From: an uncultured delta proteobacterium | GTDB lineage: Bacteria; Myxococcota; B64-G9 | DNA: 64,000 nt | NCBI GenBank assembly: GCA_963754925.1 | Contig: CAVWHX010000004.1 | Coordinates: forward strand, 960,001 to 1,024,000 | Direction of reading: 5' to 3' | In this document: in pieces, positions 20,363 to 29,435 of the stretch | Numbering within the stretch: the stretch's first letter is position 1 | Layout: the number at the start of each line of letters is the position of its first letter | Notes under the pieces: model-generated | Database searches by the model: none | Told to the model about the DNA's origin: nothing | What the model saw: only the letters and a program-made list of their open reading frames with translations | Program-made: the position numbers and the translations under genes

Positions 20363-21346
20363 TCAGATAGAGCTGACTATGGCTTGCGCACTAAACGGCT
20401 CGGGTCGATCCTTGAACCACTCCCAGTAGCGGCGCACCCCATCCTCCCAAGGTACTGCTGGTGAGAAGCCGAGCGCCTCACGGGTGAGGCGCATATCGGC
20501 GTAGGTGTTGGGCAGCTCTCCCGGCCTCGCCGGACGACGTACCCGTTTAAACGGAGCACCCGACAGCCAACTGACCTGCTCGGCCACCTGGGCAAGCGTG
20601 GTCGTCTGACCCGTGCCAAGGTTGAGAACCCGAAACGGTGACGGTTGCTCGATGGCTTTGATAATCCCTTCCGCCACATCGTCGATATGAATCATATCGC
20701 GACCGACGGTATCATCCCCGATGATCGGCATCGAATCGCGGCGTTCGGCCGCGCTACACAGGGCGGGAAGGAATCGCTGCGGACTTTGGCGTGGTCCATA
20801 AACCGAGAAAACCCGCAGGACGGTGACGGACACCGGTGCCTGCAAACAGACCGCAGACGCGTGCAGTTCGGCTGCGCGAAGGGCGGCGCCCAATACCGAA
20901 AGCGGATGATCGGCGGGATCTTCTTCGCTGAACGGGAAACGGCGCGAGCCGCCGTAGACATGCGCCGAGGAACAAAGCACTGCCTGCGGTATCTTGAGTT
21001 GGCGGGCAATCTGCAGCACTGCCGCAACCCCGCCGGCGTGCAGGTGCTGGCAGGCGCTCGGCTCCCGATCGGCCCAGACGAGATCTTTTCGCGCGGCTGC
21101 GTGCACCAACGCATCGGGTCGAAACGAACCCAGGTAGGCGCGCAGGCCGTTGGCGTCGGTCACATCGCCGGTTATGAAACTAAAACGAGAATTATCGCGC
21201 GCCGACGCCAGTCGAGCCAGCTGCCAACCGGGCGGATCGTCGGCGTCAAAGAGGTCGAGGCCGCAGACCAGATGACCGCGCTCGAGCAACCGGTCGCACA
21301 GGTGGGCGCCAATGAATCCGGCTGCCCCGGTGACAAAGATCTTCAT
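20363..21346 (-). CDS. NAD-dependent epimerase/dehydratase family protein lacking YxxxK
   Basis: TGAAGFIG Rossmann motif, SSAHVYG, VYGPRQ; ATGA overlap with ugd. Confidence 0.88.
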   Translation of the reverse strand: MKIFVTGAAGFIGAHLCDRLLERGHLVCGLDLFDADDPPGWQLARLASARDNSRFSFITGDVTDANGLRAYLGSFRPDALVHAAARKDLVWADREPSACQHLHAGGVAAVLQIARQLKIPQAVLCSSAHVYGGSRRFPFSEEDPADHPLSVLGAALRAAELHASAVCLQAPVSVTVLRVFSVYGPRQSPQRFLPALCSAAERRDSMPIIGDDTVGRDMIHIDDVAEGIIKAIEQPSPFRVLNLGTGQTTTLAQVAEQVSWLSGAPFKRVRRPARPGELPNTYADMRLTREALGFSPAVPWEDGVRRYWEWFKDRPEPFSAQAIVSSI

Positions 21347-22653
21347 AGCGGTCGGTTCCTTCCAATGCACACATGCTCGAATCCGTAATCACGCATGCGG
21401 GCGGGATCGTAGATGTTGCGTCCGTCAAACACAACGGGTTGTTTGAGAAGGGTCTTGATGCGTTCGAAATCCGGGCGACGGAACTCATTCCACTCGGTCA
21501 CCACGACCAAGGCATCGGCGCCTTCGCAGGCCTCGTAGTTACTCTGACAATAGGTGACGCGTTCGCCGAGGTAGTGGCGGGCGTTTTTCATTCCCTCAGG
21601 ATCGTAGACGTGGATTCTGGCGCCGGCATGCAGAAGATCTTCAATAATGGCCAGTGCCGGAGCTTCGCGCACGTCATCGGTCTTCGGCTTGAAGGCCAGT
21701 CCCCAGACGGCAAAGATCCGGCCGCCCAGGTGTGAGCCGAAGCGAGCCATGATTTTGGCGGAAGCGTAATGTTTTTGTCGCTCGTTCACCCGGTCGGTGG
21801 CCACCAGCATCTCCAAGGGCAAATCGTTCTCCAGGCCGGTGTTAATAAGCGCTCGCACGTCCTTGGGGAAGCAGCTGCCGCCAAACCCCACGCCAGGAAA
21901 CAGGAAGGCATGGCCGATGCGCTTGTCCGAGCCGGCGCCCAGGCGTACCAGATCAACATCCGCACCGACTTTGTCACACAGCATGGCGATTTCGTTCATG
22001 AAGGAGATGCGCGCCGCCAGCAACCCGTTGGCTGCGTACTTAACCATTTCGGCGCTTTTGTTGTCCATAAAGAAGATCGGATTGCCCGTGCGGGTAAAAG
22101 GTGCGTACAGATCGGTCATTATGCGGCGGGCTTCCTCGGAGTCAGTGCCGATGATCACCCGGTCGGGACGTAAAAAGTCATCGATTGCCGCGCCCTCCTT
22201 GAGGAACTCTGGATTGCTGACGACGCTAACCGGATGACGGGTGACCGCTCCGATCACCTCCTGTACCTTGCGGGCGGTGCCCACCGGGACGGTGCTTTTG
22301 TTTACCACGATGAGCGGCCCATCCATGGCCTGACCGATTTGCTGTGCGACGCCGAGCACATTAGTAAGATCGGCGGAGCCGTCGTCGCCTTGCGGGGTTT
22401 GAACCGCAATAAAGAGCACCTTGACGCTACGCACGGTATCGGCGAGCTGGATGGTGAAGGCCAAGCGTTTTTCGCGGATATTACGCTCAAGCAGGTCACG
22501 CAGCCCGGGCTCGTAAAACGGCGTTTCGCCGGCGCGCAGGGTATCGATCTTCTTGGGATCGATATCGACGATGGTAACATGATGTCCCATCTCCGCGAAA
22601 CAGGTTCCCGCCACTAATCCTACGTATCCCGCCCCGATCATGCCGATTTGCAT
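21343..22653 (-). CDS. ugd: UDP-glucose 6-dehydrogenase
   Basis: GAGYVG, KSTVPVGT, SNPEFLKEG, GFGGSCFPKD, GLAFKPKTDDVRE. Confidence 0.96.
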   Translation of the reverse strand: MQIGMIGAGYVGLVAGTCFAEMGHHVTIVDIDPKKIDTLRAGETPFYEPGLRDLLERNIREKRLAFTIQLADTVRSVKVLFIAVQTPQGDDGSADLTNVLGVAQQIGQAMDGPLIVVNKSTVPVGTARKVQEVIGAVTRHPVSVVSNPEFLKEGAAIDDFLRPDRVIIGTDSEEARRIMTDLYAPFTRTGNPIFFMDNKSAEMVKYAANGLLAARISFMNEIAMLCDKVGADVDLVRLGAGSDKRIGHAFLFPGVGFGGSCFPKDVRALINTGLENDLPLEMLVATDRVNERQKHYASAKIMARFGSHLGGRIFAVWGLAFKPKTDDVREAPALAIIEDLLHAGARIHVYDPEGMKNARHYLGERVTYCQSNYEACEGADALVVVTEWNEFRRPDFERIKTLLKQPVVFDGRNIYDPARMRDYGFEHVCIGRNRPL

Positions 22654-22883
22654 CATGCACCTCCGATACCAAAAGCTTTCTCGTGGCAATAATAGTATCT
22701 ACCTATTTCAAATTGATGTAGCCGATACCAGCATATCGAGGCGACAGTCTATTCCCGCAAGAAACAGCTTGTCAAAGTAGAAATCTCTAAACATTTCTGA
22801 CAGACTCTGCGAAAATGGTTTGTCGATTCGAGCGATCGACTGTGGAACACTGCGCTGTGATTTGAATGTAAAGGAATAGTTCC

Positions 22884-23987
22884 ATGAACATTAAAGGCCC
22901 CGTCATCGATCCGCGACCCCTTACCAAGAACATCACCGTTACCCGTCTCGTCGATGAATATTTAACCGCATACAATGGCGCCCGGTTGCGGGAAGCGTGT
23001 CGGCTCCTCATCGAGCGCATACTGCGGCCAAACGTAACCGTCGGGATAAGCCTTGCAGGCGCCCTCACGCCGGCCGGATTCGGCACATCGATCCTTGCGC
23101 CGCTCATCGAGGCAGGTTTTATAGACTATGTCGTTTCTACCGGCGCCAATCTGTACCATGACCTACATTACGCCCTGGGGCTGCCGCTGCACCGCTCGAC
23201 TCCCTTCGTGGATGACCGCGAACTCCGCAAACGCAACATCATCCGGATATACGATATCGTTTTTGACTTCAACGTGCTCAACGACACCGATCGTTTCTGC
23301 TTTCAGTTGATGGACTCGAAACTCTTTCGGGGTCATATGAGCACCGCCGAACTGCACCACCGCCTCGGCATGTTGGTAGCCGAGACCGAGCGCGCGCTCA
23401 AAAGGCCTTACCCGTGCTTGCTGTCGGCGGCCTATCGGGCCGATGTTCCCATTTACACGTCCTCGCCGGGCGATAGCACGATTGGTCTGAATCTCGCCGC
23501 TCGCGCACTGCGCGGGCTTGATCCCGCAATCGACGTGGCGGCGGACGTCAACGAAACGACGGCGATAGTCTACCAAGCGACGCGCGGCACGGGTAGGAGC
23601 GCGGTGATAATTTTGGGTGGCGGCAGTCCCAAGAACTTCCTGTTGCAAACTGAACCACAGATCCAAGAGATTCTGGGCCTGTCGGGTCGCGGCCACGACT
23701 TCTTCATTCAAATTACCGACGCCCGGCCCGACACCGGGGGCTTAAGCGGCGCGACGCCTTCCGAGGCGGTCAGTTGGGGTAAGATCGATTCCAAAATGCT
23801 GCCGGATTCGATTGTTTGTTACGCCGATAGCACGCTCGCGTTACCGTTCATCGCTGCCTATGTTCTCACCAACGCAAAGCGCCGCCCCTTGAAGCGACTT
23901 TTCAAAAAGCGCGAAGCACTGGTTGAGAAATTGCGCCAGGACTACGAGCACGCCTCGCGCGGCGGGTTGCCTACCGGCCGAAGATGA
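22884..23987 (+). CDS. Deoxyhypusine synthase-like protein (probable homospermidine biosynthesis)
   Basis: GALTPAG, STGANLYHD, GGGSPKNF, DTGGLSGATPSEAVSWGK. Confidence 0.9.
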   Translation: MNIKGPVIDPRPLTKNITVTRLVDEYLTAYNGARLREACRLLIERILRPNVTVGISLAGALTPAGFGTSILAPLIEAGFIDYVVSTGANLYHDLHYALGLPLHRSTPFVDDRELRKRNIIRIYDIVFDFNVLNDTDRFCFQLMDSKLFRGHMSTAELHHRLGMLVAETERALKRPYPCLLSAAYRADVPIYTSSPGDSTIGLNLAARALRGLDPAIDVAADVNETTAIVYQATRGTGRSAVIILGGGSPKNFLLQTEPQIQEILGLSGRGHDFFIQITDARPDTGGLSGATPSEAVSWGKIDSKMLPDSIVCYADSTLALPFIAAYVLTNAKRRPLKRLFKKREALVEKLRQDYEHASRGGLPTGRR

Positions 23988-24158
23988 GACCTCATGAGGA
24001 ATGATAGTATGGTCGGACTGGTTGGGAGGGGTGTCCGAAAATCGGTCAGGTACATCACCATTCGGCAGTTTTCAACAAATTAGCGTGCAATAGTAATCCA
24101 CATCCAACAATTCGGGAATAGCTATCTTTTAATTGTTTGGCGAGCGCCAGGCGCTCGT

Positions 24159-24173
24159 TGGCATGTAACCTGC
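24159..24173 (+). promoter_or_regulatory. Putative sigma54 -24/-12 promoter
   Basis: TGGCATGTAACCTGC matches TGGCACG-N4-TTGC spacing; upstream palindrome TGTCCGAAAATCGGTCA at 24032-24048. Confidence 0.65.
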
Positions 24174-24251
24174 TAGTATTTTCACTCGGTGTTTTTGTGA
24201 GTGCAGATCCCGGGAAGCAATCGCACTCTAATTTAGCTAAGGAGGATACTA

Positions 24252-24455
24252 ATGGTCGCAAACGGCGAAACGATGACCGTTTTTACGATCATCGAAAAGG
24301 AAGGCTATGATAAGCCGATTTGGGTCAAGATCGGTGCCTGTTTTCCTAATCGTGATGGGTCGCTCAACGTTTTTTTGGATGCATTACCGATAAACGGGCG
24401 CATGCAAATCCGCATGCGCAAACCGGGCATAAAGCCCCAAGAACCACAAGAGTAA
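24252..24455 (+). CDS. Small hypothetical protein (67 aa)
   Basis: Strong RBS AAGGAGG; WVKIGACFPNRDGSLNVFLDALPING motif. Confidence 0.85.
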   Translation: MVANGETMTVFTIIEKEGYDKPIWVKIGACFPNRDGSLNVFLDALPINGRMQIRMRKPGIKPQEPQE

Positions 24456-24472
24456 CGGAGGCGAGAAAAGCC

Positions 24473-24823
24473 ATGAGTAGCATTAAACGCGAAAAATTTC
24501 TTTTGGTTGCAACAACCGCCATGGTGATCAGTGGCTTGCTACTGAGCCAGCCGTTGTTTGCCAAGCAGTCGATTGGTTCTGTAGTTGTCAACATAAACAC
24601 CGCCTCGCTCGAGGAGCTTTGTTTACTCCCCGGCATAGGGCATGAAAAGGCCAAGGCGATCGTCGATTACCGCACCAAGCATCCGTTCCAAAAGATCGAC
24701 GAACTACTAAGAATCAAAGGAATCAAACCCAAGCTGGTTGAAAAGATTCGAGCAAATATCGTAACCACGGGTGCTACCACTGCCAAGCCGCCGCAGAGGA
24801 ACAAAAGCTCGGCTGCAGATTAG
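24473..24823 (+). CDS. comEA: ComEA-family helix-hairpin-helix DNA-binding protein
   Basis: Signal peptide; VNINTASLEELCLLPGIG..KAKAIVDYR...F..IDELLRIKGI. Confidence 0.9.
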   Translation: MSSIKREKFLLVATTAMVISGLLLSQPLFAKQSIGSVVVNINTASLEELCLLPGIGHEKAKAIVDYRTKHPFQKIDELLRIKGIKPKLVEKIRANIVTTGATTAKPPQRNKSSAAD

Positions 24824-24992
24824 AGACTGTTAGCGAACGACTAGAGATTGTAGCGAGCGAAGCAAAGCTGAGCGAGGCGTACAATCTCTTGTCCCTTTAG
24901 GGGAGTGAGCGTTACAGTCTCTTATCCCCGTAAGGGATAAGAAATTCTAGCTTCACTGTGCTCAGCAAGAATTTCTACATCCCCGAAGGGGG
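24821..24992. repeat. Cluster of three family A units (nested and inverted)
   Basis: Outer unit 24821-24941 is split by inner unit 24841-24903. A minus-strand unit 24926-24977 shares the tail hairpin, and an extra ATCCCCGAAGGGGG tail follows. Confidence 0.85.
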
Positions 24993-25138
24993 CTAAACGG
25001 TCTACCACAGCGCCACGGTATCAATTCGCCATTCTTTGTTAAACTATTGAACTCGGCAAGAGCTCAGGGCATTATCTTCCGACGATACCTATCGCCCCCG
25101 GTGAGGAAGCAACAATCGAAAGGAGCGAGGAGCCGGTC

Positions 25139-25354
25139 ATGAGGTGGTTAACCGTGAAAGGAAGAAGTGGTCAAAAAGCAATAGATTATATTATCATATT
25201 GGCGCTTGTTGCCATTGCCGCTATAGGAGCTGCATCTATTTTTGGCCAGAATATTCGCGAGCTATTTTCCACATCGGCCGGAACCAGGGGCGATGAAGAT
25301 CATCTTGCATCGCCGACCAACCCAGCAGCGAACGCTGATACAGCGAAGCCGTAG
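25139..25354 (+). CDS. Flp-family (Tad) pilin
   Basis: RSG|QKAIDYIIILALVAIAAIG...FGQNIRELF; class III signal with Asp instead of Glu at +5. Confidence 0.75.
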   Translation: MRWLTVKGRSGQKAIDYIIILALVAIAAIGAASIFGQNIRELFSTSAGTRGDEDHLASPTNPAANADTAKP

Positions 25355-25511
25355 AAAAAAATCACGCTTGTCGAAGAGGGGGTAGGGTGGTATTTCTTAA
25401 CATCCCTGCCGTATTGAGGCGGGAGTTGAAAGTACGCTATAGGCGAGCCCGCTAATAGGTCTCGCTCTTCGTCGAACGGCGTCGAAAGAATACTACCATC
25501 AGGAGGACATC

Positions 25512-26690
25512 ATGGCAAAAGAAGCCGTAATCCTATCTGCGGCGCGAACCGCGGTGGGAACGTTCAGCGGCACATTGGCCAACGTGCCGGCGGTTAAGCT
25601 TGGCGAGATCGTAGTGCGCGAGGCGCTGGCACGCGCCCAGGTCAAACCAGAAATGGTTAACGAGGTGATTCTTGGTTGCGTCTTACAAGCCGGCTTGGGG
25701 CAAAACGTCGCCCGACAGGTGAGCATCAAGGCCGGCTTGCCCCAGGAGACACCGGCCTTGACCATCAACAAAGTTTGCGGATCGGGGCTCCGGGCGGTGA
25801 TGCTCGCGGCACAGGCTATTCGCGCCGGCGAAGCCGACCTCATTGTTGCGGGCGGCACCGAGAACATGAGCGCCGCGCCGTATGCCTTGCCCAAAGCGCG
25901 TTTCGGGCTGCGCATGGGCAACACCGAAATGATCGATGTGATGATCCATGATGGCTTGTGGGAGATATTCCACGGCTATCACATGGGCATCACCGCCGAA
26001 AACGTTGCAGCGAAGTTCGGTGTAACCCGTGAAGACCAGGACCGTTTTGGTTTCACCAGCCAGACACGGGCCAACGCGGCCATCAAGAGCGGCCGTTTTA
26101 AGGATGAGATTGTACCGGTGCCCGTAGTGCTGAAAAAAGGTGAGACGGTTCTCTTTGCCACCGATGAACATCCACGCGAAACCACTCTCGAGAAGATGGC
26201 CGCGCTCAAGCCGGCGTTCAAGCCGGACGGAACCGTCACGGCTGGCAATGCCTCGGGAATCAATGATGGGGCGGCCGCGTTCGTCATTACCTCGCGTGAA
26301 AAGGCCGAAAAGCTCGGGGTCGAGCCGCTGGCCACGATTCTTTCATATGCATCGGCCGGCGTCGATCCGGCGTACATGGGAATTGGACCGATACCGGCTT
26401 CGAGGCTCGCGCTCGAACGCGCCAACCTGACGGTTAAGGATCTCGACCTGGTAGAGGCGAACGAAGCTTTTGCCGCTCAGGCCGTCACGGTGGTTCGCGA
26501 GCTTCGACTCGATCCGGAACGCACCAATGTGAACGGCGGCGCCATAGCCCTCGGTCACCCCATTGGCGCTTCAGGCGCGCGTATCCTGACCACGCTATTG
26601 TATGAGATGAAGAAGCGCGGGTCGAAACGGGGACTCGCGACGTTGTGCATAGGCGGCGGTCAGGGCTGCGCTATGATTGTCAAACGATAG
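25512..26690 (+). CDS. Acetyl-CoA C-acetyltransferase (thiolase)
   Basis: [41 protein letters not shown]. Confidence 0.97.
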   Translation: MAKEAVILSAARTAVGTFSGTLANVPAVKLGEIVVREALARAQVKPEMVNEVILGCVLQAGLGQNVARQVSIKAGLPQETPALTINKVCGSGLRAVMLAAQAIRAGEADLIVAGGTENMSAAPYALPKARFGLRMGNTEMIDVMIHDGLWEIFHGYHMGITAENVAAKFGVTREDQDRFGFTSQTRANAAIKSGRFKDEIVPVPVVLKKGETVLFATDEHPRETTLEKMAALKPAFKPDGTVTAGNASGINDGAAAFVITSREKAEKLGVEPLATILSYASAGVDPAYMGIGPIPASRLALERANLTVKDLDLVEANEAFAAQAVTVVRELRLDPERTNVNGGAIALGHPIGASGARILTTLLYEMKKRGSKRGLATLCIGGGQGCAMIVKR

Positions 26691-26695
26691 AGCCT

Positions 26696-27706
26696 ATGTT
26701 TGAACAAGGCCCCATTCGCCCGCCCTCGGAGGCGGGGAGTCTCCTGGTGCGGGTTTCGCGCAACTGTCCCTGGAATCGCTGCGCCTTTTGCCCGGTATAT
26801 AAGAATCTTCGTTTTTCTCTGCGGACGGTGGACGAGGTGCTGCAGGATCTCGACGCTATGCAAGCGGTTTATGGTGATCGACCGACGACGGTTTTTTTGC
26901 AGGACGCCAATCCTCTCCTGACGCGTACGGATGACTTGGTTCGTATTCTCGAGGGCATCCACCAACGCTTCCCCCGGGTCGAACGTATCACCGCCTACGC
27001 GCGCTCGCACACCTTGGCGAGACGGTCGGTGGCGGAGCTCCGTCGTATCCGCGAGGCCGGTCTCAACCGTCTGCACGTCGGGATGGAGTCGGGCTGCGAC
27101 GCGGTGTTGCAACTCGTCGAGAAAGGGGTCACCCGCGCCGACCAGATCGAAGGCGGCAGGCGGGCCAAGGAGGCCTCCTTCGAACTGTCTGAGTACGTTA
27201 TGCCGGGCCTCGGCGGCAAGGAGTTGTCTGATGCACATGCCGACGACTCGGCCACGGCGCTGCAGGCGATACAACCTGATTTTATTCGACTCCGCACGAC
27301 CGCGGTGATGCCGGGGAGCGGACTTGCGACCCTGGTGACGCAGGGCACGATGACCCCGTTGTCTGAGGTGGAGATGGTTGCCGAGATTCGGCGGTTTCTG
27401 ACGGGGCTTGCTAGCCTCACCACTCGCCTCGACAGCGATCACGTTCTTAATCTGCTCATGGAACTCCGCGGGGATTTACCGGCCGACCTGGCGCATATGT
27501 TGGAAATCTGTGATGAGTTTTTACGCTTATCGCAGGTCGAGCAACATCGCTTTGTGCTCGGGCGTCGGTTGGGCTGGTTCGTGAGGTTGAGCGATCGCAA
27601 TGATCCACGCTTCACTATGGAACTTGATAATCTTTTGTTAAGAATCGCGAAAGAAGGTTCCACGGTCGAGGATGTGTGCGCCCAACTGCGAGCACAAACC
27701 TTATGA
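26696..27706 (+). CDS. Radical SAM protein
   Basis: GPIRPPSEA.SLL; CPWNRCAFC (CxxxCxxC); GMESG. Confidence 0.9.
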   Translation: MFEQGPIRPPSEAGSLLVRVSRNCPWNRCAFCPVYKNLRFSLRTVDEVLQDLDAMQAVYGDRPTTVFLQDANPLLTRTDDLVRILEGIHQRFPRVERITAYARSHTLARRSVAELRRIREAGLNRLHVGMESGCDAVLQLVEKGVTRADQIEGGRRAKEASFELSEYVMPGLGGKELSDAHADDSATALQAIQPDFIRLRTTAVMPGSGLATLVTQGTMTPLSEVEMVAEIRRFLTGLASLTTRLDSDHVLNLLMELRGDLPADLAHMLEICDEFLRLSQVEQHRFVLGRRLGWFVRLSDRNDPRFTMELDNLLLRIAKEGSTVEDVCAQLRAQTL

Positions 27707-27719
27707 ATAGCCTTAGCAA

Positions 27720-28559
27720 TTAAAAATGGTTTAAACTGCCTTCATACTTCACACGGCGAAGGGCTGCTAAAAACGACCAGATGCTGAGGGGGCCAGCTAT
27801 GGCCGAAAAGAGGATAAGCCCCAACAGCGAGTTTGATACCTCTCCCAGGGATGAACCCATAAGTAACAATTTACGCATAGCTTCAAGACCGTGGGTGATG
27901 GGAAGAAGCTGCGCCAGGGTCTGTCCCCAATCCGGCAACACGGCTACGGGGTAATATACCCCGCCGAGCAAGTAAGAAAATCCTTGCACGAGCCATGACG
28001 ACGGATCAACTCGCTTGAAGGCGAGGACCAAACTGGCCGAAAAGATCCCCAGGAACGAGAAACTGAGTATCGTAAGAACGAGGACCAGCAACGCGCCGGC
28101 CCAATTAGCGCGTTCGAAACTGACCCCGAACAGCAACGTACCAGCCGCTAGGATCAGCACCAGCCGCATCGAAGTGGCCAGGAAATCATAAATTACGCTG
28201 AAGACGATGATCTGCCAGGGAGGCGTCGGGGTCACGAGCAACGCCTCGAGGGTGCCGAGCACTTGCGCATTGCGGATGGTTTCGGAGAACGAGCGAATCG
28301 CTACGCCCAAGTAACTTGAAAATGCTAACCCCACCACAACAAATGGAAAGTACTCGCCGCCATACGGGGCGAGCGACGGTATCTGCATGCCGATGAACAT
28401 GCGGGAGAAAAAGTAGAAGGCCCCTACTACAAAAAGCACGACCACCAGCTGGCCGGCAAAGGCGAGCCGGTAGCTCAAATCGATCTGCCAGTCCTTGCGG
28501 ACAAAGGCCCAGGCTTTTCTGACTACTGCCCTCATGGCAATCCTTTGCTCATTATTCAA
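27720..28559 (-). CDS. ABC-2 type transporter permease
   Basis: Multiple TM segments; GTLEALLVTP; GVYYPVAVLPDW; LPITHGLEAMR. Confidence 0.9.
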   Translation of the reverse strand: MNNEQRIAMRAVVRKAWAFVRKDWQIDLSYRLAFAGQLVVVLFVVGAFYFFSRMFIGMQIPSLAPYGGEYFPFVVVGLAFSSYLGVAIRSFSETIRNAQVLGTLEALLVTPTPPWQIIVFSVIYDFLATSMRLVLILAAGTLLFGVSFERANWAGALLVLVLTILSFSFLGIFSASLVLAFKRVDPSSWLVQGFSYLLGGVYYPVAVLPDWGQTLAQLLPITHGLEAMRKLLLMGSSLGEVSNSLLGLILFSAIAGPLSIWSFLAALRRVKYEGSLNHF

Positions 28560-29304
28560 ACACCTCTTCCAGATTCGTCAGGACCTCGCGCGCGGGGCCG
28601 ACTTTCAAGATGCGTTTGTCCTTGAGCAGGGCGACGCGATCGCACACCTCATGGGCCTCCGCAAGATTGTGAGTCGCCAGCAAGACAGTCTTGCCGAGCT
28701 CCTTGACCAGCGTTTTCCCAATCAGCTCGCGGGTGCGCTTGGCGGCGCCAGGATCAAGCCCGCGGGTCGGTTCGTCGATGAGCAACAACTCCGGATCGTG
28801 AAGCATGGCTCGCGCCAGCGCCAGGCGTTGACGCATACCGGTTGAAAGGTCCCGAAAGGGTTTTTTAAGCTCACCGGCCAGTTGCAACAACCCAGCGACC
28901 TTTTCTATTTGCGAACGGGCCCGAGTCTTGTCCAAATTATGCAGCGCGGCGAAAAACAATAAGTTCTGTGACGCGGTCAGCCGCCAGTAAAAGCTGCGTT
29001 CGTCGCCGAGCACAAAACCGATGCGCTCGCGGATCTGAACCGAAGCTGAGGCTGTATCCTGACCAAAGATGCGCACCGTTCCGCTATCGGGGAGTATGCT
29101 GGCGGCCAAGATGCGCAGCAAGGTGGTTTTTCCGGCGCCGTTTGGCCCGAGCAGTCCGGTTAGCGATCCCCGCGGTACGCTCAACCAGAGGTCGGCCAGC
29201 ACCGAAATCTTCCGGCGATCGAACGGAGCGCGAAGGATCTCGAAGAAAGGTCGAGGGAGGACGAAGCTTTTGGTCACTCCGCAAATTTCAATAGCCGGAT
29301 CGAT
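28552..29304 (-). CDS. ABC transporter ATP-binding protein (start uncertain: ATC 29304 or GTG 29277)
   Basis: GPNGAGKTT, LSTGMRQR, LLIDEPT, ATH. Confidence 0.93.
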   Translation of the reverse strand: MDPAIEICGVTKSFVLPRPFFEILRAPFDRRKISVLADLWLSVPRGSLTGLLGPNGAGKTTLLRILAASILPDSGTVRIFGQDTASASVQIRERIGFVLGDERSFYWRLTASQNLLFFAALHNLDKTRARSQIEKVAGLLQLAGELKKPFRDLSTGMRQRLALARAMLHDPELLLIDEPTRGLDPGAAKRTRELIGKTLVKELGKTVLLATHNLAEAHEVCDRVALLKDKRILKVGPAREVLTNLEEVFE

Positions 29305-29344
29305 GACTAGTTACCCCTCTGTTGTAAACCTTCACTTGAAGATA

Positions 29345-29435
29345 CGCGCCGGGTCCTGCCGCCTCGCATCCCCCGGCGGTGCTCACTTGCGCTCCGCGCC
29401 GGCGGGGGACCCCCTGCTCGGCGTCACCCAGCGCG
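29345..29435. repeat. Repeat family B unit with a GC hairpin insert, overlapping the mltG 3' end
   Basis: CGCGCCGGGTCCTGCCGCCTCGCATCC...GGCGTCACCCAGCGCG; ends near-identical to 16738-16837. Confidence 0.75.
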
